Virus record (IMG/VR): IMGVR_UViG_2693429768_000001
Coordinates: 1-64,000 of that record
Strand: one strand, 5' to 3'
From: a virus
Taxonomy: Duplodnaviria > Heunggongvirae > Uroviricota > Caudoviricetes
Length of the DNA stretch: 64,000 bases
The translations under genes and the position numbers were made by a program. The notes under the pieces were generated by a model. It worked only from the letters and a program-made list of their open reading frames with translations. It was not told the origin of the DNA and searched no databases. Position 1 is the first letter of the stretch, and every line of letters begins with the position of its first letter. This document shows positions 42,921 through 52,796 of the stretch, one piece after another.

Positions 42921-43166
42921 TTGGCAGAACGTGTTGATGATGCAGAGCTGAGCATGAATCAGTTAGAAGCTCTCAAAGACATGGCCATCGATAACATCAG
43001 AAAGCAGGCACAGGTCGTGAGCCAGGTATTTACAGGGAAGTGTCGTTACTGCAATGAATCGATTGAATCAGGCATTTATTGTGACGCTGAATGTGCGCAA
43101 TGGCACAGGGAAGAGCAGGCCGCAAAACAGCGTAAATATGGCATGCGACCGGCAGGATTTGACTGA
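42921..43166 (+). CDS. TraR/DksA-family C4 zinc-finger protein, 81 aa
   Basis: TTG start with RBS GAGGAAA; CRYCNESIESGIYCDAEC followed by QAAKQRKYG, similar to recalled TraR layout. Confidence 0.55.
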   Translation: MAERVDDAELSMNQLEALKDMAIDNIRKQAQVVSQVFTGKCRYCNESIESGIYCDAECAQWHREEQAAKQRKYGMRPAGFD

Positions 43167-43168
43167 TT

Positions 43169-43747
43169 ATGTTGCGCTTTACTGAGGAAGAGTTTCAGGC
43201 TTTTAGTGAGCGTCGAAATAAGGGGCGGTCCAGGCCAAAAACCAAAAAGGATCCATTCTTATCGCTTGCGCCGGTAAAAGAAGTTTCTCCACATGCGAAG
43301 GCACTTGCAGCACTGGCAAAGAACCCAGACCTGCGCGACGGAAATTGCGAGCACTTCGAGCAGGTTTTCATTTTTGATTACTTCGAACGCAAGCACCCTG
43401 ACATCTATGAGCTGTTGCATGCAACGCCTAACGGAGGGAAGCGTTCAAAAGCAACCGCCGGGAAAATGAAGGCTGAAGGGCAGAAAAAAGGTTATCCGGA
43501 CATGAGTCTCGATAAAGCATGCGGTATTTATCACGGCATGCGAATTGAGCTTAAAGAACCAAATGGTAAAGCCCCGACGAAAGAGCAGATCGCCTGGATG
43601 CGCAGGCTTAGAGAGGAAGGCTACTACGTTGTTCTTGCGTATGGTGCAGAACAAGCGATTACCGCCATCCTGGAATACATAAGTCTTAAAAAGGGTGAGG
43701 CTATTGAGCATGTATTGAACGGCGATAAGTGGTTGCATGCTGCTTAA
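43169..43747 (+). CDS. VRR-NUC-type PD-(D/E)xK nuclease, 192 aa
   Basis: HATPNGGKRS...YPDMSL...IELKEP...KEQIAWM motifs. Confidence 0.6.
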   Translation: MLRFTEEEFQAFSERRNKGRSRPKTKKDPFLSLAPVKEVSPHAKALAALAKNPDLRDGNCEHFEQVFIFDYFERKHPDIYELLHATPNGGKRSKATAGKMKAEGQKKGYPDMSLDKACGIYHGMRIELKEPNGKAPTKEQIAWMRRLREEGYYVVLAYGAEQAITAILEYISLKKGEAIEHVLNGDKWLHAA

Positions 43748-43780
43748 AATAATAAATTAATTAGTGCATGTACGCTCTTT

Positions 43781-43969
43781 GTGGTAGTGCACTTTAACAT
43801 CGGGAGAATAATCGTGTCATCCAAGGTTAATTATGAGTCGCTGGCATCGGTCATGCCGCGTAATGAACAGGAAACAGATGCTGTAGTGGACCCTGTAATC
43901 GCTGAAATGAATGCTCGCCTGGAGGCTGAATTTGCAGCTGAGAATGAACATACCACCCAGGGCGACTAG
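43781..43969 (+). CDS. Small hypothetical protein, 62 aa
   Basis: ORF track (GTG start; alternative GTG 43814 after GGGAGA). Confidence 0.35.
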   Translation: MVVHFNIGRIIVSSKVNYESLASVMPRNEQETDAVVDPVIAEMNARLEAEFAAENEHTTQGD

Positions 43970-44573
43970 GACTGTTTTTTGTGTCGGTAGCGGTCCGTCA
44001 CTCACTCGTGAGGACTGTGCTGCTATAGAAAAAACTGGCTGTTCAATCATCGCGGTTAACAATTCCTGGCAGATGTTCGATGACATTTATGCCTTATACG
44101 CCGGTGATTTGTCATGGTGGAAGCAATACGGATCCACCATACCGGGAGGGAGATTCCGCAAAGTGACAGCCAACCTGGCGGCGGCGAAATCATTTTCGTT
44201 GGAGTACAGGCGATATTGTGGACCGGCGGAAGGGGTAAATAGCGGCGCGCAGGCTATCAGTCTGGCTGCTGAATCAGGGGCTGAAGTAGTGGTATTAGTC
44301 GGCTATGACTGTTCTCTGCAAAACGGCCTTCATTGGCATGGCGCGCACCCTCAAGCACTACGGAATCCAACGCAGGTGTCTATTTCAAAATGGCAACAGC
44401 AGTTCCTGGATACCCGCAAAAAACACGCAGATTTACATATTTTGAATGCAAGTAGGAGCAGTGCAATTCAATGTTTCCCAAGAATAAATTTAGAGGCAGT
44501 GATCGCGTTATTATCGTCGGCAGTGGCCCAAGCGCCGCAAACTTTGTTGCGCCGCGCGGAGTGCCGATTATAG
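43911..44573 (+). CDS. GSGPS-motif protein, paralogue A (possibly DUF115/MptE-like transferase)
   Basis: VFCVGSGPSL...IIAVNNS...NSGAQAISLAAESGAEVVVLVGYD; likely real start ATG 43944; family assignment from memory. Confidence 0.45.
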   Translation: MLAWRLNLQLRMNIPPRATRTVFCVGSGPSLTREDCAAIEKTGCSIIAVNNSWQMFDDIYALYAGDLSWWKQYGSTIPGGRFRKVTANLAAAKSFSLEYRRYCGPAEGVNSGAQAISLAAESGAEVVVLVGYDCSLQNGLHWHGAHPQALRNPTQVSISKWQQQFLDTRKKHADLHILNASRSSAIQCFPRINLEAVIALLSSAVAQAPQTLLRRAECRL

Positions 44574-45097
44574 CGGTCAATGGGGCCATCGACTGGCTTA
44601 ACCGCGCTTCTTATTTTTTCACCCTTGATCCATCCCCAGACAATATGCGGCGCGTTGGTCGTGGCCGCCGTCGCCGTGGTGTTTGTTATTGCATGGCACT
44701 ACCCGATGTTAAAGAACGTGAAGTCAGAGATGGCGTTCTGTGCTTCCGTCGTGTGGCTGAACGCGGCATGGAGCCAAAAAATACGAATTCTCCCGAGTGG
44801 TGGGCGTGGCGCTGGTCCGCACATTTCGGCCTTTGCGAAGATGAGAATGAAATTGCCAGCGGCAATAGTGCATATGGTGCTCTGAACCTGGCTTTCCATA
44901 TCGGATTCAAACATGTAGCTCTGGTGGGCGTTGACGCTACGCAAGAACTACGCGTTCACTCCGGCGGCACGCCAAAAAATCTAAGTCACCTGCCTTTGTT
45001 ATTCCAGTCTGCGCGTGAACAGATTGACGTTGTTTCATGCGGGAAAATGGGAGGTATTCCGCAGATGACTCTTAAAGAATGGCTGAAGAATACATGA
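44471..45097 (+). CDS. GSGPS-motif protein, paralogue B, 208 aa
   Basis: [10 protein letters not shown]...IIAVNGA...[24 protein letters not shown]; overlaps paralogue A 3' end by ~100 nt. Confidence 0.45.
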   Translation: MFPKNKFRGSDRVIIVGSGPSAANFVAPRGVPIIAVNGAIDWLNRASYFFTLDPSPDNMRRVGRGRRRRGVCYCMALPDVKEREVRDGVLCFRRVAERGMEPKNTNSPEWWAWRWSAHFGLCEDENEIASGNSAYGALNLAFHIGFKHVALVGVDATQELRVHSGGTPKNLSHLPLLFQSAREQIDVVSCGKMGGIPQMTLKEWLKNT

Positions 45098-45771
45098 TGG
45101 CACCCACAATTTATCACCGTATCGACGGTACCAAATACAGGAATGTCTGGGTTGTTGGTGATCTGCATGGTTGCTACACCAGACTGATGTCCGAACTCCA
45201 TCGTGTGGATTTTGACCCGGCGCAGGATTTACTGATATCGGTCGGCGACCTTATCGATCGCGGTACTGAAAATGTCGAATGTCTGGAACTATTGCAGATG
45301 CCCTGGTTCAGGGCAGTGATGGGGAACCATGAGCGGTTGATGCTCGATGCGTTAAGTCCTGATGGCAACGTGAATAACTGGCTAATGAATGGCGGACAAT
45401 GGTTCTTCATGCTGGACACTGATCAGGAAATATTAGCCAGGGCGCTGGTGGAGCTGGTAAAGCGTCTGCCCTATATCATTGAGTTGAACACCGGGCAAGA
45501 AACTATCGTTATAGCCCATGCCGACTATCCGGATAATGAATACCAATTCGGTAAGGAGGTGCCGCTTTTCAACGTTGTCTGGGCGCGCGAGCGTATCAGT
45601 GATTCGATGGATGATATTGGTGGCGAAATTTCGGGCGCAGATCGTTTTATCTTTGGTCACACTCCGGTGAAAAGCCCGAAGACATTCTGGAATCAGCAGT
45701 ATATCGACACTGGTGCCGTATTTTGCGGAAACCTGACATTGATGAAAGTGAAAGGTGATGGTGCAGCATGA
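45094..45771 (+). CDS. ppp: Ser/Thr protein phosphatase (lambda PPase-like metallophosphatase)
   Basis: GDLHG, GDLIDRG, GNHE motifs; strong collinear similarity to recalled lambda phosphatase; start set at ATG 45094/45097. Confidence 0.8.
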   Translation: MMAPTIYHRIDGTKYRNVWVVGDLHGCYTRLMSELHRVDFDPAQDLLISVGDLIDRGTENVECLELLQMPWFRAVMGNHERLMLDALSPDGNVNNWLMNGGQWFFMLDTDQEILARALVELVKRLPYIIELNTGQETIVIAHADYPDNEYQFGKEVPLFNVVWARERISDSMDDIGGEISGADRFIFGHTPVKSPKTFWNQQYIDTGAVFCGNLTLMKVKGDGAA

Positions 45772-46469
45772 AGATTGCTTTAGTTTTTCGCTCTGGTGGT
45801 GACTATAACGCTTCCGATGTGCAGTGGCTGGTTAATCAACTGCCAAAAGGCTATGAAATTATTTGCCTGACAGACCTGAAGCGTTTACATGTACCTGGCG
45901 TCAAAGTTGTCCCATTGATCAACCAGTGGCAAAAGTGCCGTGGCTGGTGGGCGAAAATCGAGTTGTTCCGACCGGATATAACCGATGATCTGTTCTATCT
46001 GGATTTGGACACGGTTATTGCCGGTGATATACGCCCAATCCTAGAGCATCCACCAACCAGCTTCACCATGCTTAGGGATTTTTACCATCCACAATATCGT
46101 GGCAGCGGTGCCCTGTGGATACCAAATAGTGTTAAAGCGCATATCTGGAGTGCATTCTGGCAAGATCCGGAAGGTTGGATTTCTCGTTGTGTCACTACTG
46201 AGTGTTGGGGTGACCAGGGGTTCTTACGAAAGGTTATGGGCGATGATACACCAGCATTTCAGGATCTGTATCCAGGATGGTTTGTAAGTTACAAGGCCGA
46301 TGTTGTGGAACCTGGTTCAAAATATGCGAGCGCGCGTTACTCCAGGGGGAATGGGGCATTACCAAAAGACTGCCGAATAATCTTTTTCCACGGCAAACCG
46401 CGACCTCGCGAAGTGTCAGAGGATTGGCTTCCCCTTATCAGCTCATTTTTTGAGCGAGAATCAGAATAA
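45768..46469 (+). CDS. Putative glycosyltransferase with DxD motif, 233 aa
   Basis: [15 protein letters not shown] resembles GT-A/GT32 DxD sugar-binding region; weak call. Confidence 0.4.
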   Translation: MKIALVFRSGGDYNASDVQWLVNQLPKGYEIICLTDLKRLHVPGVKVVPLINQWQKCRGWWAKIELFRPDITDDLFYLDLDTVIAGDIRPILEHPPTSFTMLRDFYHPQYRGSGALWIPNSVKAHIWSAFWQDPEGWISRCVTTECWGDQGFLRKVMGDDTPAFQDLYPGWFVSYKADVVEPGSKYASARYSRGNGALPKDCRIIFFHGKPRPREVSEDWLPLISSFFERESE

Positions 46470-46470
46470 T

Positions 46471-46537
46471 ATTGCTCTAATAATTCCATATTTTTAAAAC
46501 GTGATGTACACTCATCACGTTTTTTATTAGAGCAATC
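46471..46537. promoter_or_regulatory. Inverted pair of C1-operator-like sites flanking a bidirectional intrinsic terminator
   Basis: ATTGCTCTAATAATTCC (46471-46487) and reverse TTATTAGAGCAAT (46524-46536) around hairpin AAAACGTGATG-tacact-CATCACGTTTT (46496-46523). Confidence 0.75.
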
Positions 46538-46550
46538 TACAAGGTGCACT

Positions 46551-46769
46551 ATGTGGCCATTCCGACGGAAATATCACTACTGGCTGATCGCCTTTGTTAC
46601 GCCGACCGGCGGTATCAGGCATGTCATCACCAGGTATCGCAACAAGAGACTCACCTTAGCCAGAATTTTACAGGCTGCCATAGGTGAGGGACTGGATACA
46701 AATTGCGTAGTCCTTCCTCCTTCATACTTAGGAAAAATGACCGAAGCACAAGCTAATACGGAACTTTGA
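46551..46769 (+). CDS. Small hypothetical protein, 72 aa
   Basis: ATG 46551. Confidence 0.4.
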   Translation: MWPFRRKYHYWLIAFVTPTGGIRHVITRYRNKRLTLARILQAAIGEGLDTNCVVLPPSYLGKMTEAQANTEL

Positions 46770-46770
46770 A

Positions 46771-48033
46771 ATGAGCACTTCAGCACAAAACCAATCAATC
46801 GAAAATGTATGTATCCCTGATGTCCTGAATGCCGGTATCCCGGCCATTATCCAGAACATCCGGGCCGCGCAACGCCGCGTTAGTTGTGATGACCTCACAG
46901 CACGTTTTTTTGATAATGCGGTTCAGTCAGCGGAGATGCTTCACGCACAGCTTATTGATGTTTATAACGCAGAAGCTGATAGCCATAACTCCCTGGTAGA
47001 TGCAGCTGAAAATATGCAGTTGGATCTCGGTCTGAAGGGTAAAGAAATTGAAGAGCTTCAGCTGGAAATTGAACATTTGAAACGCCAGCAACAGGACGCG
47101 ATCGACGATGCGACGCATGACGCCAACCAGCGTGCTGATAATGCCGAACGTATAAGCATTGAGCTGGAAACAAAACTCAATGAAATGACCGCGATGGTTG
47201 AACTGCGGAACTCACAGATTTCAACGCTAAAATCTCAATATAAAGAGATCATGAAACTTGATCCTTTTAACCTTGAGAAACGCTATAACAAAGCTAAAAG
47301 CGAGCGACAGGAACTGCGTAAGCAGGTCGCCGACCTTAACCAACAGCTCAAAAAAACTATTAAAGATGCAAGCGAGGCGCGCGTGGCATTTGCTAATAAA
47401 AAAGCAGAGGTTACCGCGCTGGTTAATGAGAATGCCAAATTTGCGACGCTCAAGAAGGAAATGTATGGCATTACTGAGCGCCGTTTCCCTGCAAGCAAAC
47501 TTCATCCGACGTTAGGGCAAATCTCCTTCTTCCCGCGCCTCCTGGCTTATGGGATCTCATCGCCTAAAGAGTTCAATAACGAGCGTCCTTATATCGTTTC
47601 TAAGCTGGACTTTGCTTATCAGTTCTGCTGCGACATGGGCTATGCCATTGATATCCGAATCAACGAATGGTTGATGCCAAACTTCCAGCCGTTGGCAATT
47701 TTCCGCGAGTTCCAGCCGGAAGGTTGGGTAGAGTTCTTCCATGAATTGATCTGTAAAGAGATGGAAAGCCGTCGCCCGGAATTGGTCCGTCGAGTTGAGT
47801 GGGCGCAAGAGGTTATGTTGGCAGATGCAGAGCTGCCGTTCGAACCGGAATTCATTGATGATCTGGCAACTAAAGGGCTGCATACCCTGTTTGATGTGGT
47901 TACCCGCCGTCATGAGCAGTTGGTTGTCGAATTGGGTTTAGAGGAAACTGCGGCAAGAAGACTTCTCGATGTTTGCTATGCACGTAGCGATGCATGGGAA
48001 AAAGAGAACGGCGGCACTATTTACGTTCGCTGA
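46771..48033 (+). CDS. Coiled-coil hypothetical protein, 420 aa
   Basis: ATG 46771; long Glu/Lys/Gln-rich coiled-coil segment. Confidence 0.5.
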   Translation: MSTSAQNQSIENVCIPDVLNAGIPAIIQNIRAAQRRVSCDDLTARFFDNAVQSAEMLHAQLIDVYNAEADSHNSLVDAAENMQLDLGLKGKEIEELQLEIEHLKRQQQDAIDDATHDANQRADNAERISIELETKLNEMTAMVELRNSQISTLKSQYKEIMKLDPFNLEKRYNKAKSERQELRKQVADLNQQLKKTIKDASEARVAFANKKAEVTALVNENAKFATLKKEMYGITERRFPASKLHPTLGQISFFPRLLAYGISSPKEFNNERPYIVSKLDFAYQFCCDMGYAIDIRINEWLMPNFQPLAIFREFQPEGWVEFFHELICKEMESRRPELVRRVEWAQEVMLADAELPFEPEFIDDLATKGLHTLFDVVTRRHEQLVVELGLEETAARRLLDVCYARSDAWEKENGGTIYVR

Positions 48034-48105
48034 TAGTTACAGTGTCACTTTTAATGCTGGTGGAGTGCTCCCACCAGCATTTTTTTCGTCCAATGAGGAG
48101 GGCAT

Positions 48106-48612
48106 TTGAGTATTTTCAATAAACACGCACACCAGGAACGTCCGTATATCGTCATAGTTGATATTGATGGAACAATATCAGAGGCAACTGAAGACAGACT
48201 GCATTTGCTTCCGCCACCAGGTAAAGGTGCATTAACAAAGGACTGGAACGAGTTTAATCTCGCCTGTGACACTGATACTCCCATAACTCCAGTTATTGAT
48301 ATTGTGCGCCAGTTATTTAACGTTTACACGGTCTGGTTTGTAACCGGGCGCTGTGAGATCGCAAGGGATAAAACACGCGCCTGGCTGCGGAAGCACGTAA
48401 CAAACGGGGCTGAGCCTTTGCTATCTATGCGTCCTGCCACCGATGACAGAAATGATGGTCCAGCAAAGATTGATCTCCTTAAGAAAATTGGTCTAAGTAA
48501 AATCGCGTTCGCGCTGGAAGATAAGATTGAAGTGGCGCGTGTTTTCAGGAGGCACGGCGTACTCACATTAATGGTCAGGGAGTATGAAAATGCGCTTCTT
48601 CATCAACAATAA
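48106..48612 (+). CDS. HAD-superfamily phosphatase (DxDGT motif; P1 pap-like position), 168 aa
   Basis: IVIVDIDGTISE nucleophile motif. Confidence 0.6.
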   Translation: MSIFNKHAHQERPYIVIVDIDGTISEATEDRLHLLPPPGKGALTKDWNEFNLACDTDTPITPVIDIVRQLFNVYTVWFVTGRCEIARDKTRAWLRKHVTNGAEPLLSMRPATDDRNDGPAKIDLLKKIGLSKIAFALEDKIEVARVFRRHGVLTLMVREYENALLHQQ

Positions 48613-48628
48613 TTGCTCTAATAAATCT
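48612..48628 (+). promoter_or_regulatory. C1-operator-like site ATTGCTCTAATAAATCT abutting the pap-like stop
   Basis: Read directly. Confidence 0.65.
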
Positions 48629-48710
48629 TGATTTTTAAAACAGAGAAAGTGAAAATAAAAACATGCCGCAAGGCGCGGCATGTATCCAATCAATCACAGG
48701 AGCTGAAAAT

Positions 48711-48797
48711 ATGAACACGGCATTCAAAATCATTATGGCCGCGATCTATTTCTGGCTGTTCTCTATCACTTTTGGCGGCATCGTCGCGCATGGGTAA
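48711..48797 (+). CDS. Candidate 28-aa single-helix membrane peptide
   Basis: RBS AGGAG 8 nt upstream; MNTAFKIIMAAIYFWLFSITFGGIVAHG; below ORF-track cutoff. Confidence 0.35.
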   Translation: MNTAFKIIMAAIYFWLFSITFGGIVAHG

Positions 48798-48807
48798 AGG
48801 GGGATGC

Positions 48808-49389
48808 ATGAAAGGCGAAGTGAAAGAGCGCGGCATGATTTTCAACGATGAGATGGTCCGGGCAATTCTTGGTGGGCATAAAACACAGACTCGCAGGATT
48901 GTTGAAGAAAAATTCTATGGACGGGCAGTGGCCGTAGAGTTGCTTGCTAAGCATTGTCCATATGGTCAACCGGGCGATCGTATTTGGGTTCGCGAAACCT
49001 ACCGGGTACATGGCAAAGCGACGGACGTCGCAACGCTGGTTTATCGCGCAAGCGTGCGTAACTCCTGGACAGAACAAACGCACCGGGTTCCGGTCGAGGT
49101 TTGTAATAAACCAGTATCAGAAAAGTGGACGCCATCAATTCACATGCCGCGCTGGGCATCGCGCATTCTTCTGGAAATTACCAACGTGCGCGTTGAGCGG
49201 TTGAACGATATCAGCGAATGCGATGCAAGGGCTGAGGGCGCACCAACAGAATCGACCCTCATTGGCGATAAGCATTACCCAGGTTTCCGTAGCCTATGGA
49301 AATCAATTTATGGCGAAGATAGTTGGAACGCTAATCCTTGGGTGTGGGTAATAGAGTTTGAGCGTATTCAGGGGGCAACCAGTGAGTGA
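48808..49389 (+). CDS. ASCH-domain protein, 193 aa
   Basis: Start moved to ATG 48808 (RBS AAAGGGGG); MIFNDEMVRAILGGHKTQTRR is a typical ASCH N-terminus. Confidence 0.5.
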   Translation: MKGEVKERGMIFNDEMVRAILGGHKTQTRRIVEEKFYGRAVAVELLAKHCPYGQPGDRIWVRETYRVHGKATDVATLVYRASVRNSWTEQTHRVPVEVCNKPVSEKWTPSIHMPRWASRILLEITNVRVERLNDISECDARAEGAPTESTLIGDKHYPGFRSLWKSIYGEDSWNANPWVWVIEFERIQGATSE

Positions 49390-49642
49390 GTCAAAATGCC
49401 AAATTAATGGCAACAAGATAGAACCGTGCGCGGCGTTGGCACAATCCCTGGAGCATGACGCTGAATACACGACGCGAAAAGGTCTGCTGAAATACAAAAT
49501 CTATAACCATGAATTAATTCATTCACAAGACCTGATCATGCTGCGGTCTGGTGAATTTTCTAAATCGCCTATTCGAGTTTCATTTTGCCCGTTCTGTGGT
49601 GAAAGTCTGAAAACGTGGGAAGCGGAGGCAACCAGTGAATAA
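49382..49642 (+). CDS. Small Cys-containing protein, 86 aa
   Basis: GTG 49382 after RBS AGGGGG; CPFCGESL motif. Confidence 0.4.
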   Translation: MSESKCQINGNKIEPCAALAQSLEHDAEYTTRKGLLKYKIYNHELIHSQDLIMLRSGEFSKSPIRVSFCPFCGESLKTWEAEATSE

Positions 49643-50279
49643 CCGCTTTTACATGATGTGCTTGCGTGAAACTGTGGGTAATAACGCCTCATTCCATTGC
49701 CATAACGGCAATGGTTACAGTTCTGATATCGATCGCGCACATGTTTACACGCTGGAAGAAGCCCAAAAAGCCTGGAATTGTGGGCGAGATATCGATCAGC
49801 CTGTTTGTGCCGATAGTGTGGATGCAATGGCTGTGTGGCACGTTGATTGCCAGTACATCCCTACAGAAAGCCTGATTGAGTCAGATTGCACTGCGTATGT
49901 GGCCTACAAAAAAGGTAGCTGGAACGGCAACGATGTTTACTGGCTTCAACACGGTGGATTGCCAACAGATGACTTCAGTAAAGCGACCATCTTTAGCGTC
50001 GCCAACAAAAACGAACCAGGAATAGTTTGGTTGCCATTTTCCATTGCTGATGCAGCAATGCGTCGGACGTTCAATATCAATAACTTTAACCGCAGAACAA
50101 TGGTTCAGGGCGCAGGTTTGGTCATGCCTGACTGGTTGGAAGAGCAGAACAGAAGAAAGAAGTCGCGAAGCGGGAAGGTGCGTTGGAATTGTCCGCATTG
50201 CGGAAAAATAACCTGGCAGTACAGCCCATATGATTTTGAAGGCTGTAGTGATTACAACTGTGAAGGATGGCGAGAATGA
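49635..50279 (+). CDS. Hypothetical protein with C-terminal zinc ribbon, 214 aa
   Basis: GTG start after GGAGG; CPHCGKITW...CSDYNCEGW. Confidence 0.45.
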   Translation: MNNRFYMMCLRETVGNNASFHCHNGNGYSSDIDRAHVYTLEEAQKAWNCGRDIDQPVCADSVDAMAVWHVDCQYIPTESLIESDCTAYVAYKKGSWNGNDVYWLQHGGLPTDDFSKATIFSVANKNEPGIVWLPFSIADAAMRRTFNINNFNRRTMVQGAGLVMPDWLEEQNRRKKSRSGKVRWNCPHCGKITWQYSPYDFEGCSDYNCEGWRE

Positions 50280-50968
50280 CAATTGACTATCAGGTACTGC
50301 GTGAGGCGGCAGAAAAGGCAACACCAGACGAATGGGTCGCATTTATTTCGACGGAGACTGGTACTTATGCGGTGCACACGCCCGGTGATGAACGATGTGA
50401 AGACGTTATCAAATGGACCGGCTTTGATGGACAGAAAAATGCAGAGAACAACGCTCGTCATGTTGCCGCGTTCAACCCAAAGGTTGCACTGGAGCTGCTT
50501 GGTGAAATTAAGTGCCTGGAGGACACAAATATTGATGCTATGTGTCGAATTGCAGAGCTTGAGACTAATCTCGCGGCGCTGGTGGCAGAGAACGCCGGGC
50601 TGAAACACGCAATGGCCGTAACTCTTGAGCATGTGTCGGTCACGGATGCAGGGCAGGCCGGAGTTGCTGCAATGATTATCAACGATGCCCTGCACCACAG
50701 CGAAACTCCAGCTACCGATGCTTTTCTAGCTGAAGTGAAGACTGAAGCACGCAAGGAAGGCGCTTATTTTGTGGCGAACAGAATGTTGGCAGCCTGGAAA
50801 GCTGGTTTTATTGATGATACTGCGAAGAACGCTGCGGATATTGCCCGGATGATTCTTACCTCTACTGAGTTTATGGCCAATGCGCCGGAAGGCGATTTTG
50901 ACCGTTCATTCTCTGATGGCGTTCTCGAAGATATCGCCGAACAGCTTCGTAAAGGAGTCATCCAATGA
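50276..50968 (+). CDS. Hypothetical protein, paralogue 1 of IDYQxLRExAEK family
   Basis: Start at ATG 50276 overlapping previous stop; N-terminus MTIDYQVLREAAEK. Confidence 0.45.
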   Translation: MTIDYQVLREAAEKATPDEWVAFISTETGTYAVHTPGDERCEDVIKWTGFDGQKNAENNARHVAAFNPKVALELLGEIKCLEDTNIDAMCRIAELETNLAALVAENAGLKHAMAVTLEHVSVTDAGQAGVAAMIINDALHHSETPATDAFLAEVKTEARKEGAYFVANRMLAAWKAGFIDDTAKNAADIARMILTSTEFMANAPEGDFDRSFSDGVLEDIAEQLRKGVIQ

Positions 50969-51672
50969 GCAAGATTGATTATCAAAAGCTTCGTGAAATC
51001 GCTGAAAAAACAAAAATTGCTGGTGAAGCACCTGTAATGCCTTTCGATCAGCGAATTAATGCGCTTAACGATTTTATGAAGCACTTTTCGCCAGATATCG
51101 CGCTGGCATTGTTGGATGAACGGGAAAGAAACCTGCAATACATCAAAAGCCGCGATCAGGAGAACGAGGATATTGCGCTAACGGTAGGGAAGCTGCGTGT
51201 TGAGCTTGAGGAAGTAAAACAACACGCTGAAGAATTATCAGAAACCAACGCTGTTCGTAACCAATGGCGGCCAGATATTTGCCCAATAACCGGACGTGCA
51301 TTTTTTATGTGGATTGAGCATCCGACATTAGGAAATGTGCCGACGTACGGTGGCCCATTAGACAGTTACACCATTCCAACAAAGGACGGTGACGGTGAGT
51401 TTTCATGTGAGCGTTACGATCATGATTTTGGCGGTTGGGTAGAAAGCGAATGTCTTGGGTTATATCTGATTGATGATAGAGAACAATGCAGGGTCTACGA
51501 ACTGGAGGAACGCGTTAAGGAACTGGATGCTCGGGAAATAACGCTCCCGGAACGTAGCAGCATGCTTCATCGAACAGATTTTCACGATGATTACCAAACG
51601 GTAATGGCATACAAAGTTTCTGAAGTCATCGATGCAATCCGCGCTACTGGCATTCGCATCAAAGGAGAGTGA
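50965..51672 (+). CDS. Hypothetical protein, paralogue 2 of IDYQxLRExAEK family, 235 aa
   Basis: RBS AAAGGAG; N-terminus MSKIDYQKLREIAEK. Confidence 0.45.
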   Translation: MSKIDYQKLREIAEKTKIAGEAPVMPFDQRINALNDFMKHFSPDIALALLDERERNLQYIKSRDQENEDIALTVGKLRVELEEVKQHAEELSETNAVRNQWRPDICPITGRAFFMWIEHPTLGNVPTYGGPLDSYTIPTKDGDGEFSCERYDHDFGGWVESECLGLYLIDDREQCRVYELEERVKELDAREITLPERSSMLHRTDFHDDYQTVMAYKVSEVIDAIRATGIRIKGE

Positions 51673-51673
51673 T

Positions 51674-52189
51674 ATGGCGCTAACACACCGCGAACTCTGT
51701 CAGATTGCGTACAAGTTCCTTAAGCGCAACGGGTTCAAGGTTTGTTTTCATGACCGCTTTATAGCTGTAACCAGTACCGGAGAACAGCCAGATGCTATGG
51801 GATTCAGAAATTCAGCATCATGCCTGATAGAGGCGAAGTGTTCTCGTGCTGACTTGTTGGCAGATAGAAAAAAGCGTTTTCGTAAAAATCCGTCTCTTGG
51901 AATGGGCGACTGGCGATTCTTTATTAGTGAGCCGGGAATTATTTCAATTGAGGATTTACCACCTGGCTGGGGATTACTTCACGTTGTTAACGGAAGAGTA
52001 CGGAAAGTACATGGGTGGCCCAAGGGTAATTGCTGTTGGGGTAATCCTGACGATAAGCCATTTACTGGAAATAAGCAGGTTGAATGCGATTACATGTTAT
52101 CTGCATTAAGGCGCATGGAGTTGAGAGGGCACCTTAATGAAATATATGACGGTGTAATTGTTAATAAGAAAGAAGGAAACGCGGCATGA
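51674..52189 (+). CDS. Putative PD-(D/E)xK-fold nuclease-like protein, 171 aa
   Basis: Start ATG 51674 (RBS AAAGGAGAG); EQPDAMGF...CLIEAKCS motif. Confidence 0.4.
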   Translation: MALTHRELCQIAYKFLKRNGFKVCFHDRFIAVTSTGEQPDAMGFRNSASCLIEAKCSRADLLADRKKRFRKNPSLGMGDWRFFISEPGIISIEDLPPGWGLLHVVNGRVRKVHGWPKGNCCWGNPDDKPFTGNKQVECDYMLSALRRMELRGHLNEIYDGVIVNKKEGNAA

Positions 52190-52572
52190 TCACTATTACC
52201 AAAGAGCGACTACTGACAATCAAGCAGTGGCGCGAAACATACGGACCTGATAGCAACGTTGTACTGCCAGCAGAAGAAGCGGAAGAACTGGCGCGGATTG
52301 CGCTGGCATCACTGGAAGCAAAACCAATAGGTGCATTCCACATTGCAGAACAGCAAGTTGACGGCACAAGTGACTACCTCAAGGATGGAGAATGGCCTAT
52401 TGATAATGGAATTATTGAGGTCTACGCCGCTCCACCCGTTCCAGTAGTACCGGAAGAAAAACCAATGCCTAATCCTCTTAGCATGTACGCGGTTGATGCT
52501 GTTGCCGCTATTGCAGAGGTGAGAGGCTGGAATGCCTGCCGCGCGGCTATGCTTCATGGGAAAGGAAAGTGA
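52186..52572 (+). CDS. Hypothetical protein, 128 aa
   Basis: N-terminus shares LARIaLASLEA block with the 301-aa protein at 53005. Confidence 0.4.
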   Translation: MITITKERLLTIKQWRETYGPDSNVVLPAEEAEELARIALASLEAKPIGAFHIAEQQVDGTSDYLKDGEWPIDNGIIEVYAAPPVPVVPEEKPMPNPLSMYAVDAVAAIAEVRGWNACRAAMLHGKGK

Positions 52573-52573
52573 T

Positions 52574-52795
52574 ATGGCTAACTCATTACTTGAAACCTGC
52601 AACAACTGGCAGATTCAGAGGGCGGAGATTTTATCTCGCAATCCAGATATGGCAATGACAATCGATAATCTGGATACGCTAATTGAACGTACCGTGCGTT
52701 CTGCAATTGATATAGCACGTCGAGTTGACTGGGATTTCAGAGAAGCGGAGCGGCTTGCTAAAGAGCAGGAGAAAGCAGCGGGTAAAGGAGACTGA
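52574..52795 (+). CDS. Small hypothetical protein, 73 aa
   Basis: ATG 52574 after RBS AAAGGAAAG. Confidence 0.4.
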   Translation: MANSLLETCNNWQIQRAEILSRNPDMAMTIDNLDTLIERTVRSAIDIARRVDWDFREAERLAKEQEKAAGKGD

Positions 52796-52796
52796 T

